Position numbers and translations under genes: made by a program
Shown: in pieces, positions 19,255 through 28,387 of the stretch
How positions within the stretch are numbered: the stretch's first letter is position 1
Layout of the letters: each line of letters begins with the position of its first letter
Assembly: GCA_902494875.1 (NCBI GenBank)
Contig: CABUUO010000002.1
Coordinates: 166,671 to 230,670 of the forward strand
DNA length: 64,000 bases
Source of the DNA: an uncultured Pseudomonadota bacterium
Lineage (GTDB): Bacteria > Pseudomonadota > Alphaproteobacteria > RF32 > CAG-239
Direction of reading: 5' to 3'
The notes under the pieces: generated by a model
Told to the model about the DNA's origin: nothing
Database searches by the model: none
Seen by the model: the letters and a program-made list of their open reading frames with translations, nothing else

Positions 19255-22200
19255 ATGGATTCGTTTTTAAAGAGGTCTTTTATGTGCCGAAAGAGACTGG
19301 AAATTTTGGTTTCTTGTCTGTTCTTGTCAAGTTTTTGCTGTGGTACGGCAAAAGCTCAGACTTCCGTAGATTCATGGGATGCTCTGAAAACGGGTGTGGC
19401 AGCCGGAGAGGTGGCACTTGGAGGAGACATTCAGGCAACGGCCAATCAGCCGATCCGCGATTATCAAAACGGGGCGGTAATTCACGGCAACGGACATAAA
19501 ATTACCGGCAGCGACTATATGACGGATTCTGCCGGCGGCGGCGGATTGATCGTTTTAGACAAGGTTTCGGGAGACGGGCTGAGTCTGGACGGCGTAGATG
19601 TCAGCGGTTTTCATAATACTTCTTCGGACGATGACGCCAGCGGAACCGGCGTTATTTATGTTAAAGATTCAAATATGGGGACGATTGACGGCAAGTTTTC
19701 CGACAACAGCGTCATAAGCAGTTATGGTACTATCGGTTCGGTCGTCAGCAATGCGGGCGGAAAGATTGCCGGCATTACCGATAGTGTTTTTGAGGGAAAC
19801 AGCGTAGCAGAAAACAGTTCCGAAAAAGACGAGGTTACGTCCCGCGGTGGCGCCGTATATAACGGTGCGTCCGATGATAATGCCGGCGTTATCGGGGACA
19901 TTACCGGATCGACGTTTAAGAATAATTCGGTTACTTCCGAAAACAACGGTGCCGGCGGCGGCGCAATTTACAACTCCGCCGACAGTTCGATAGGCAATAT
20001 TGCGGCTGATTTCAGCGGCAATAAGGTTATCAGCAACGCTAATGTTGACAAGGACCGTTTTGTTGCCAACGGCGGTGCCATTTATAACAATGCTTCAAGC
20101 ATCGGAAATATTTCCGGCAATTTTACTCAAAACAGCGTGGAAGCCACCCAAAGCGGAAGTGCCGGCGGCGGTGCTATATTGAACCGCGACGGAGCGGAAA
20201 TCAAAGATGTCAGCGGCACTTTTTCCGGTAATACGGCGACCGGCAGCGGAGCATACGGCGGCGCGATTTTGTCGGCCGGTTCAAGTACGGAAGATTCTAA
20301 AATAGGCAATATTACGGCTGATTTTACACAAAACGAAGCCGTCGGTACGGAAGGGGCGTATGGCGGAGCCATTGACAACGAAGCCAAAAGCATGATAGGC
20401 ACCATAAGCGGAAAGTTCGACGGAAACGCGGCGGTTTCGGAGAAGGAATCTCTGGGCGGTGCCATTTATAACGGCGGTACGATTACCAATATCGAAAACG
20501 CAACCTTTACCGATAATAAGGCGGAAGCGACGACGGAAGGCGGACAGGCTTTGGGCGGTGCCATTTATACGGAAACGGATCTGACCATATCCGCCAATAA
20601 CGGAGATTCGTTGTTTTCGGGAAATGTGACTTATGTAAACGGCGAAAGTTTTTCCAATGCGGTTTATGTCGGAAATCAAGACGCAATATTAAGTTTGAAT
20701 GCCAAGAACGGTAATATAACGTTTGACGACGGTATTTACGGGAGCAAGGGTTATCAAGTTCAAATCGGCGGTGATGCCACCGGTTCGGTTAACTTGAATG
20801 AACAGATCGGCAATGCGGGAGAAATATCTGTTGATGACGGGGTAACGGTTAATTTTGGCGAAAAAGTGACGGTTGATACGGATTTAAACGTTAATAACGG
20901 CACGGTTAACGATGCCAGCATTGTCAACGGGGGAAAGATTTCCGTTGCAGCCGGTTCCACGGCTCATAATTTGGCGCTGTTGGCCGGTTCCGGATTTGAT
21001 TTTTCCGACGGCGCCGTTTTGACCGGCAGTATTTTGATTGACAAAGGTGCTGTTTCCGCTTCCAGCTATGACCATATTTTTGCCAATGACGTTGAAAGCA
21101 AACTGATTTTGACCGGTGGTTTTAACGAGGCCTTTACGGCATTGAAAAACGATTATGCTGACAAAAGTCTGGTATTGGCGAACGGAACTTATAATTTTTC
21201 CGGCGAAAGCGGAAAAGGACTTGAGCTTTCAGGCTGGGAATCAATAACCATCGGTTCGGACGACGGAAACGCAGCAGTCGGCAAGCTGGAAGGCAATATG
21301 AATATGCCTGATGTAACCGACAGTTTATATATTAAAAAGAACGGCACGTTTGATTTGTCCGGCAGCGGCGCCGGGGTTTTTGAGTTCGGCGGTTCGGTGG
21401 TTAACGACGGCACAATTTCTTTTCAGGACAATTCCGCCGACGATGTTACGACCATAAAAGGCAGTTATACGGCTCAAAACAATGCGCAGATGATTGTTGA
21501 CGTCGATCCGTCAGCCGGAACGTCTGATCTGCTCAAGATAGAAGGCGATGTTGTCGGGCATACGTCCGTTGTGGTTAACGCTTTGGGCAGCGGTATATCA
21601 AGAAATCAGATTTTATTTGCCGACGTGAGCGGTGACGATGAGGCAACGGCTTCTTCTTTTGACGTATACCGGGTTATGAATAATCCGTTTATGTGGAATG
21701 CGGTTTTGGAAGACAAAAAATGGTATTTTGACAAGACCAATATTGTGGTCGGTGAGGTTATCGCCTATACGGGGCTGCCCGGTGCCGGCATAGATCAAAC
21801 CAGAGGTCTGATTGACAATATTTCCGCCAATTCACATGGAACGGAAAAAACCAAAAAAGAGTGTCAGTATTATAAGGACTATTTCCGCTGCCGGAGCTAT
21901 AATACGCTTAACACTTGGGTTGCGCCGGTTTACGGCACGTCAGACGTTACGGCTCCGTTTAAGTATACGGCCGACGTTGCGGGCGTGGATGCGGGCGTGG
22001 ACGTTGACTACGGCTTTTACAACAAGTTGGGATTGTTTATGTCTTACCGCACGGGGGCGTATGATTTTGACGGAACCGGAGAAGAAATTTCTTCGGACAC
22101 GGGTTCCAGCATTGATATCAACAGCTATCTGGCCGGTTTATATTATCGGTACGAGCGCGGTTATCTGTGGACGATGTCTACGATTTTCGGCGGCGTGCAA

Positions 22201-22692
22201 AATGCGGAAATGAGCTCGGATGACGGTGTCAGTTCGGATACCAGCGGTATGGAGCTTGGCGCCAGTTTTGAGGCCGGTTTGATTTTTAATCCGATGACGG
22301 ATTTGTTTATCGAACCGATTGTCGGACTGTTTTATACGCATATTGCCTATGACGATTTTACGGACGATTATGGCAAAAAGGTTGAGTATGACGCGGTTAT
22401 GAATTTGGATTTGGAAGCGGGAATCCGAATTGAAAAAAGGTTTAAGACCGACAACGGTTATGCCAAGTTTTATTTCAAGCCGAGCGTTATTCAGAGCCTG
22501 TCTTCCGGAGACGTCAATATCAGCGAGCTGCCGGCGATGAGCAGCACGGACAACCGGACTCTGACAAAGTTTGAATTTGGCGGCAGCATTGATTTCAGCG
22601 ACGGCTGGAACGGTTTCGGCAATGTATCTTACATTACCGGCAGCGATTACAGCAATGTGGCGGCAAACGTCGGCGTGAACTATACCTGGTAA
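19255..22692 (+). CDS. Autotransporter (type Va) outer-membrane protein with a Pmp-like passenger domain. It carries at least 8 tandem GGA[IVL]-x(15-20)-FxxN repeats and a C-terminal beta-barrel translocator ending NVGVNYTW.
   Basis: N-terminal signal peptide (LEILVSCLFLSSFCCGTAKAQ). Repeated units GGAIYN...IGNI.G.F..N occupy roughly nt 19800..20620. The C-terminal approximately 300 aa has alternating beta-strand hydrophobicity and a terminal aromatic residue. Confidence 0.85.
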   Translation: MDSFLKRSFMCRKRLEILVSCLFLSSFCCGTAKAQTSVDSWDALKTGVAAGEVALGGDIQATANQPIRDYQNGAVIHGNGHKITGSDYMTDSAGGGGLIVLDKVSGDGLSLDGVDVSGFHNTSSDDDASGTGVIYVKDSNMGTIDGKFSDNSVISSYGTIGSVVSNAGGKIAGITDSVFEGNSVAENSSEKDEVTSRGGAVYNGASDDNAGVIGDITGSTFKNNSVTSENNGAGGGAIYNSADSSIGNIAADFSGNKVISNANVDKDRFVANGGAIYNNASSIGNISGNFTQNSVEATQSGSAGGGAILNRDGAEIKDVSGTFSGNTATGSGAYGGAILSAGSSTEDSKIGNITADFTQNEAVGTEGAYGGAIDNEAKSMIGTISGKFDGNAAVSEKESLGGAIYNGGTITNIENATFTDNKAEATTEGGQALGGAIYTETDLTISANNGDSLFSGNVTYVNGESFSNAVYVGNQDAILSLNAKNGNITFDDGIYGSKGYQVQIGGDATGSVNLNEQIGNAGEISVDDGVTVNFGEKVTVDTDLNVNNGTVNDASIVNGGKISVAAGSTAHNLALLAGSGFDFSDGAVLTGSILIDKGAVSASSYDHIFANDVESKLILTGGFNEAFTALKNDYADKSLVLANGTYNFSGESGKGLELSGWESITIGSDDGNAAVGKLEGNMNMPDVTDSLYIKKNGTFDLSGSGAGVFEFGGSVVNDGTISFQDNSADDVTTIKGSYTAQNNAQMIVDVDPSAGTSDLLKIEGDVVGHTSVVVNALGSGISRNQILFADVSGDDEATASSFDVYRVMNNPFMWNAVLEDKKWYFDKTNIVVGEVIAYTGLPGAGIDQTRGLIDNISANSHGTEKTKKECQYYKDYFRCRSYNTLNTWVAPVYGTSDVTAPFKYTADVAGVDAGVDVDYGFYNKLGLFMSYRTGAYDFDGTGEEISSDTGSSIDINSYLAGLYYRYERGYLWTMSTIFGGVQNAEMSSDDGVSSDTSGMELGASFEAGLIFNPMTDLFIEPIVGLFYTHIAYDDFTDDYGKKVEYDAVMNLDLEAGIRIEKRFKTDNGYAKFYFKPSVIQSLSSGDVNISELPAMSSTDNRTLTKFEFGGSIDFSDGWNGFGNVSYITGSDYSNVAANVGVNYTW

Positions 22693-22697
22693 AAATA

Positions 22698-22727
22698 AAG
22701 CTCCATATCGACGGAGCTTTATTTTTA
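22698..22727. terminator. Bidirectional terminator between the autotransporter gene and nth: AAAGCTCC-ATATCGAC-GGAGCTTT followed by ATTTTTA.
   Basis: 8-bp stem and T-run. The hairpin overlaps the nth stop codon on the other strand. Confidence 0.6.
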
Positions 22728-23360
22728 TATTCTTTTATCTTTGCTGTGACAGAAATCGGCAATCGGGCAATTGGCACAGTCCGGCTTTTGAGCCTTGCAG
22801 ACATAACGGCCGAACAGAACCAGCCAATGGTTGGCATTCTTTACATATTCCGGCGGCAAAACCTTCAGCAAATCCTGTTCAATGGCCAGCGGTGTTTTAC
22901 CGTTGCTGAAACCCAGCCTATGCGAGATACGCATAACGTGCGTGTCGACGGCAAGGGTCGGCTGGTCAAACCAGACGTTTAAAACCACGTTGGCGGTTTT
23001 TCTGCCGACGCCGGGCAGGTTTTCCAAGGCTTCGCGGTCAGCCGGAACTTCTCCCTGATATTTTTCAACCAGCGTTTGGCTGAGGGCAATGATGTTTTTG
23101 GCCTTGTTGTTATACAAGCCAATGGTTTTGATATAGTTTTTCAGCTCTTCAAGACCCAATGCTGCCATTTTTTGCGGGGTATCCGCGATTTCAAACAGCG
23201 CTTTGGTCGCTTTGTTGACGCCTTTGTCGGTGCTTTGGGCCGAAAGAACCACCGCTACCAGCAGAGTAAATGCGTTTTTATAATCCAACTCGCAGCGCGG
23301 ATTGGGATCCTTTTGAGCAAAGACGCTCATTATTTCTAAAATTTCGTTTTTATTTCTCAT
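22725..23360 (-). CDS. nth: Endonuclease III (Nth). The longer ORF reaches 23414; the likely start at 23360 overlaps the tsaD stop as ATGA.
   Basis: HhH-GPD fold: LPGVGRKTANVVL. C-terminal 4Fe-4S cluster loop C-x6-C-x2-C-x5-C (CKAQKPDCANCPIADFC). Confidence 0.9.
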   Translation of the reverse strand: MRNKNEILEIMSVFAQKDPNPRCELDYKNAFTLLVAVVLSAQSTDKGVNKATKALFEIADTPQKMAALGLEELKNYIKTIGLYNNKAKNIIALSQTLVEKYQGEVPADREALENLPGVGRKTANVVLNVWFDQPTLAVDTHVMRISHRLGFSNGKTPLAIEQDLLKVLPPEYVKNANHWLVLFGRYVCKAQKPDCANCPIADFCHSKDKRI

Positions 23361-24451
23361 GCTTTTACGCCTCCGGCTCCTGCCGCTTTGGGTGCGTTTT
23401 CGTCCAGCGGCCAACGCGGACGGGGTTTGAAATCAAGATTGCTGACGTATCCGTTTTGAAAACGTTCCAATCCCGCCCAGGCAATCATAACGCCGTTGTC
23501 GGTGCAGAAACGGATCGGCGGCGCCGAAAAGATCAATCCCTGCCGGTCGGCCAGTTCCTGCATGCGGGTGCGCAGATAAGTGTTGGCGGCTACGCCTCCG
23601 GATACGACGATGTCTTTGCCCTGAGGATATTTTTGTTTGAAAATTTTGATGGCTTTTTCCAGTTTGCAAATGAGGCAGTCGGCCACGGCCAGCTGAAAAC
23701 TTGCGCAAACGTCGGCCACGTCTTTTTTGCGCATGATGGCGTGTTCAATGTTGCCGTCGGGATCATAGGATTCAATGATTTTGCGCACCGCGGTTTTTAA
23801 GCCCGAGAAAGAAAGGTTGCAGTCGCCGGAATTGTGCAACGGGCGGGGAAGAACAAAGCGGTTCTCGTCACCGAGTTCGGCCATTTTTTCGACAATGGGG
23901 CCACCCGGATATCCCAGTCCCAGCATTTTTGATACCTTGTCAAAAGCTTCGCCGGCGGCGTCGTCAATGGTGGTGCCGAGACGTTCAAAATCTCCGACGC
24001 CCTTGACGATTAAAATCTGGCAGTGTCCGCCGGAAACCAGAAGCAGCAGATAAGGATATTCGACATTGCCGGTAAGACGCGGCGCCAGAGCATGGCCTTC
24101 CAGATGGTTGACGGCAATGAAAGGTTTGTTCAAGGCCAGAGCCATGGCTTTGGCTGCCATAACGCCGATGACGACGCCGCCGATAAGCCCCGGTCCCGAA
24201 GAGGCGGCAAAAGCGTCTATGTCCTGCGGTTTTAGACCGGCCTTTTTCAAGGTGTGTTCAATAATGTCGTCGATGTGTTCCAGATGTGCACGGGCGGCGA
24301 TTTCGGGAACGACGCCGCCGTAAATCTTGTGATCTTCTATCTGCGTCCAGAGACATTCGCCGACTATTTCTTTTTTTTCGTTAACGACGGCAGCGGCGGT
24401 TTCGTCACAGCTGCTTTCTATTCCTAAAACCAACATCTTTCTTATATCCAC
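23357..24451 (-). CDS. tsaD: tRNA N6-adenosine threonylcarbamoyltransferase TsaD (Gcp/Kae1).
   Basis: N-terminal LGIESSCDETAAAV. His pair HLEGH. Length 364 aa. Confidence 0.9.
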   Translation of the reverse strand: MDIRKMLVLGIESSCDETAAAVVNEKKEIVGECLWTQIEDHKIYGGVVPEIAARAHLEHIDDIIEHTLKKAGLKPQDIDAFAASSGPGLIGGVVIGVMAAKAMALALNKPFIAVNHLEGHALAPRLTGNVEYPYLLLLVSGGHCQILIVKGVGDFERLGTTIDDAAGEAFDKVSKMLGLGYPGGPIVEKMAELGDENRFVLPRPLHNSGDCNLSFSGLKTAVRKIIESYDPDGNIEHAIMRKKDVADVCASFQLAVADCLICKLEKAIKIFKQKYPQGKDIVVSGGVAANTYLRTRMQELADRQGLIFSAPPIRFCTDNGVMIAWAGLERFQNGYVSNLDFKPRPRWPLDENAPKAAGAGGVKA

Positions 24452-24520
24452 TAATTCTATTGAAGTTTTTTTTAATTTATATACACTAAGAAAATAAAAA
24501 TAGCAAAAGGATTTAGCAAA

Positions 24521-25507
24521 ATGGTTGACGCAAGCAGGGAAGACGCTTCGGAGAAGAGAAAAACGGGCGTTTCGGTTAAGTTTAAAAAAGGAATCAAAAT
24601 TGCCGTATTTGCGACGGTTGTGGCCGGTGCCGGATACGGTTTGTGGAAAAATCCGCAGGTTGTAGAACAGGTTAAAACCTGGCTGGGCACGTCAGCGGCA
24701 GCGGAAGAAAATGAAACGGCCGTTTTGCGGGAGGAAGTACGTGATCTGCGGGTACAGCTGAACAATTTGCAGCGTCAGTTTTACGAACAGCAGGATAATT
24801 CGGTTCTGATGGAAAAATTTGCCAATCTGGAACGCTATAACTTGAATGTAATTAATTCCAAAGCCGACGTGGCGGCCGTTTTGGGGCTGGTGATGCGGAT
24901 GGACAAGGCCGAACAGAAACTGGAAGCCGTTGCCGGCGCGACGGATCGCGGCGCTCTGGTTTTGACGGCAACCATGTTGGTTAAAGAAAGCGCGGATCGC
25001 GGCGGAAGTTTTGAATATGAAGCCGAGGTACTGCGTCAGTTGGCTTCGGGAAACACAGAACTGAAAGATGCTGTGGAAGAAATTGTCAAGACCGCAAAGA
25101 CCGGTGTGGTAACGAATCAGCAGCTGGCCGGGGAGTTTGCCGGCGTGTATGAAAAACTGGTCAAAAAACAGCGCGAGGCTTTTGAGCAGGACTGGAAAGA
25201 CCGTCTCAACAACAAAATCAGCGAATATATCAAAGTCAAAAAAGTTAACGAAAAAGCCCGGGAATTTGAGGAAAATCGGGAGCTGGAGCTGGTTAAGGAC
25301 GACGTTGCGGCCGGAAATATCAAAAAAGCGTTGTTTGATTTGGAAAATATTAAGAATAAAGAGTTATTAAATGAAGAAAGCCTGAAAGCATGGATGCGCA
25401 AGGCCGGAGACAAGGTTGGATTCAACGATGCGGTTAACCGGATTTCCGCTTATTATCTGGCGTCTCTGAAAATTAACTTTATGAAAAAGGAAACCAGTCA
25501 TGACTAG
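24521..25507 (+). CDS. HemX-like / alphaproteobacterial Mic60 (mitofilin)-like candidate: N-terminal TM helix, long coiled-coil, C-terminal globular region.
   Basis: 328 aa. TM at about residues 25-45. Heptad-rich charged middle region. It occupies the slot that in other alphaproteobacteria lies between hemC/hemD and the HemY_N gene, and it overlaps the start of the following gene (ATGACTAG). Confidence 0.45.
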   Translation: MVDASREDASEKRKTGVSVKFKKGIKIAVFATVVAGAGYGLWKNPQVVEQVKTWLGTSAAAEENETAVLREEVRDLRVQLNNLQRQFYEQQDNSVLMEKFANLERYNLNVINSKADVAAVLGLVMRMDKAEQKLEAVAGATDRGALVLTATMLVKESADRGGSFEYEAEVLRQLASGNTELKDAVEEIVKTAKTGVVTNQQLAGEFAGVYEKLVKKQREAFEQDWKDRLNNKISEYIKVKKVNEKAREFEENRELELVKDDVAAGNIKKALFDLENIKNKELLNEESLKAWMRKAGDKVGFNDAVNRISAYYLASLKINFMKKETSHD

Positions 25508-26933
25508 AAAAACCTCCATCTTTATTTTTATCGGTTTGATTTTTACATTTGTGTTGTGGATGTGCGACAAGTCAAGCCTGGTTGCCGTTGATTGGCGCAA
25601 CACCCACTCGGAATTTTCCATTCCGGAAGCCATGCTTTTTGCGCTGGTTGTTTTTGCGGTGATAGACATGATGACCCGGATTGTCCGCAAGCTGATAAAA
25701 GCTCAGTTGAAAGAGGTTTATAAGACTTCGGTTTTCCGGGAAAATACCGACGAGAATGCCACGATTGACGTTTTGGCCGGGAAAATAAGCGACAAGCTGG
25801 TTATCAACCGACGCGACTTTGACAGTTCAATGCTGCTGGTGCTGAGAGCCATGACTTCAATTACGGCCGGAGATATGCGCGAAGCCCGCGAAAACCTCAG
25901 AGCGCTGAAAAAAATCATCGGCAACGATCCTATTATCGACGTTTTGAAAATGAAGATTTACAAAGGCGAAAAAGATTTTGACAAGATGGAAAAGCTTTCC
26001 GCCAAACTGATGAAAAACGAAAACATCCGGATTGTCGGCATGAAAGCCGCAGTTGAAGCGCAGATGCAAAAGAAAGAGTTTAAGGAAGCGCTGGAAACGG
26101 CCAATAAGGCTTTTGAGCTGCGTCAGGACCTCTACTGGGTTATTGAAAGCGCTTTTGAACTGCGTGCCAAGGCCAAAGACTGGGACGGGGCAATGCAGGT
26201 TTTGGATGCCGGCTATAAGAAAAAAATGATTGCCGAAGAGAAATTTAAGCGCTTTAAGGCGGTAATTCTGCTGGAAATGGCCAAAGAATATGAAGCCAAG
26301 GGCGATGACGTCAACTTCTTCAAATGCTGCAGCCAGTCGATAGACATGGATCCGACGTTGGCGCCGGCGGCTTTGGAAATGGCCAGATATTATGTCAAGA
26401 ACGACAATCAGTACCGCAAGGCTGCCAAGGTTCTAACCGAGGCCTGGAAGCGCAATCCGGTTGACGAGCTGGCTTATGCCTATCTGGCATTGTGGCCGAA
26501 GGATGATATTTTGGAAAAAATCAAAAGAATGGAAAGTTTTGCAATGTTGAACGGTCTGCGGCCGTCGCTCAACAACCGTATTTTGGCAGAACTGACTTCC
26601 AAAGCCGGTTTGTGGGGCAAAGCCAAAGGCGAGATAGAAGTCTTTCTCATTAACAACCCGTGCACAAAAACCATTTGCGACATTGCGGCCAAATATGAGG
26701 AAAAACATACCAAAGACAAAGCGGCAGCCAAAGAATGGAAGAACCGCGCCAAAAACTGCGCACATGATTCTGCCTGGGTCTGCGAAGAATGCGGCAACGT
26801 TTCGGAAAAATGGGACGCTGTTTGTCCTAAATGCGGCGCTTTCGGTCAGGACAAATGGCATTTGTATGTGGAAGACAGCGTAGAACCGCAGACGGCTGAA
26901 ACTTTGAACGCAAAAGAAGAAGACGATGAATAA
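25500..26933 (+). CDS. HemY_N-domain TPR protein with a C-terminal Cys4 zinc ribbon.
   Basis: N-terminal two TM helices, a TPR-like helical repeat region, then a C-terminal zinc ribbon (CAHDSAWVCEECG...CPKCGAF). Translationally coupled to both the upstream and downstream genes. Confidence 0.6.
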   Translation: MTRKTSIFIFIGLIFTFVLWMCDKSSLVAVDWRNTHSEFSIPEAMLFALVVFAVIDMMTRIVRKLIKAQLKEVYKTSVFRENTDENATIDVLAGKISDKLVINRRDFDSSMLLVLRAMTSITAGDMREARENLRALKKIIGNDPIIDVLKMKIYKGEKDFDKMEKLSAKLMKNENIRIVGMKAAVEAQMQKKEFKEALETANKAFELRQDLYWVIESAFELRAKAKDWDGAMQVLDAGYKKKMIAEEKFKRFKAVILLEMAKEYEAKGDDVNFFKCCSQSIDMDPTLAPAALEMARYYVKNDNQYRKAAKVLTEAWKRNPVDELAYAYLALWPKDDILEKIKRMESFAMLNGLRPSLNNRILAELTSKAGLWGKAKGEIEVFLINNPCTKTICDIAAKYEEKHTKDKAAAKEWKNRAKNCAHDSAWVCEECGNVSEKWDAVCPKCGAFGQDKWHLYVEDSVEPQTAETLNAKEEDDE

Positions 26934-28338
26934 TCAGACGAAGAATTACGAAAATCTGAAAAAGGAGTGGCTGGACAGATATGCATCTGTGCCGGCCGCT
27001 TTGGCACAGATGAAAAATATCAAGGCGGCGGCAACGGCTTTCAATACCAATGTTGACGCGGTTTTGAAAATTTCGGGCCGGCAGCTCGGCCAACTGATTT
27101 CGCAGCAGCATCTGAGTCTGTCCGATATGCAGAATATCCGGGAAACCAAGCTAAATACGCCGGAAGACGTGGTTAAGGGCATTTTCAAGTGTTTCAGCAA
27201 GGGAATTGCCGAAGAATGGATTACCGAAGACAAGAAAGTTTATGACTGGATGGTCAAAAATCTGGGGTATGACCGTTTGCAAATGGGCGGGCAGGGCGGC
27301 ATTGTTGCCAATGTTCTGGCCGTGGCCGGCGTAAAAAAGGTTTATGCCCATGCTAACTCACTGCCAAAGTTGCAGTCTGACCAGTTTTTAAAGCTGGACA
27401 ATCTGTTGTCGTTTGACGAACACGGAAACGAAAAGCCGGCTTATCAGATTGACCGGCAGACGGACATTCCCCTGATTCACTGGATTATCGAGTTTGACAG
27501 AGAGGATGAGCTTTTGCTGGAAGGACAAGTCTTCAAATGTCCTAAATCCAACCGCTTTATTGCAACCTATGATCCTTTGAACCTGCATCTGGTGATGGAC
27601 GACAATTTTGTAAAGGCTTCGGTCGTCAATCCGCTGGATTATGTGATTTTATCCGGTTTTCATGCCTTAACGGAAAACAACGACGGCGTGGCTCTGGCCG
27701 AAAATGCGCTGCCGCTTATCAAAACCTGGAAGGAAAACGGGGCGATTGTTCATTTGGAAATTGCTTCCACGCAGGATTTGGCGGTAAGGAAGTCCATTAT
27801 TGAAAAAATTGCGCCGAAAGTGGATTCAATTGGCATAAACGAGCGTGAAACCATTGACATTCTGGAGGTTACCGGACAGGAAAAACTGGCCGAAGAATGC
27901 GAAAAAGACACGCACAGCGTTTGTTTGTTCCGGGCGCTTAACGAAATTAAGAAAACCATCAAAGCGCCGCGAATCCAGATGCATATGTTCGGCCTGTATA
28001 TTACTGTTCAGGACAAGGGCTTTAAGATTTCTCCCGAGGCTAATCTGCGCGGGATGATGACGGCGGCGACGGTTGCGGCCGGAAAAGCCGGCACCGGCAG
28101 CGTCAACGAGGCAAAAAATTTGCTTTGGGCACAGGGACAAACGGTTTCCGAGACCGGTCTCAAAGAACTTGAAGATTTGGCCGCATATATCGGAGACGAG
28201 GGTTTGGCCGAAAGCGGAATTGCATCTTATCAGGATTGGGACGTTATCGCCGTGCCGACGATTTTGGTTGAAAAACCGATAACTCTGGTGGGAATGGGGG
28301 ACACCATATCTTCTGTGTCGCTGCTGGCCGCAAGGTAA
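26926..28338 (+). CDS. ADP-dependent sugar kinase (ADP-dependent glucokinase/phosphofructokinase family, ribokinase superfamily).
   Basis: Family motifs present: FNTNVDAV (NxNxD); GGQGGIVANVL (archaeal ADP-GK has GGQAGIMAN); NRFIATYD; SIGINERE; MHMFGLYI; and the C-terminal catalytic GMGDTISS (GXGD). The start overlaps the previous gene (ATGAATAA). Confidence 0.7.
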   Translation: MNNQTKNYENLKKEWLDRYASVPAALAQMKNIKAAATAFNTNVDAVLKISGRQLGQLISQQHLSLSDMQNIRETKLNTPEDVVKGIFKCFSKGIAEEWITEDKKVYDWMVKNLGYDRLQMGGQGGIVANVLAVAGVKKVYAHANSLPKLQSDQFLKLDNLLSFDEHGNEKPAYQIDRQTDIPLIHWIIEFDREDELLLEGQVFKCPKSNRFIATYDPLNLHLVMDDNFVKASVVNPLDYVILSGFHALTENNDGVALAENALPLIKTWKENGAIVHLEIASTQDLAVRKSIIEKIAPKVDSIGINERETIDILEVTGQEKLAEECEKDTHSVCLFRALNEIKKTIKAPRIQMHMFGLYITVQDKGFKISPEANLRGMMTAATVAAGKAGTGSVNEAKNLLWAQGQTVSETGLKELEDLAAYIGDEGLAESGIASYQDWDVIAVPTILVEKPITLVGMGDTISSVSLLAAR

Positions 28339-28387
28339 AAAAGCGGTAAAGACGAGCGTCAGGCGGAATATCTTTGTGCCGAACGAA

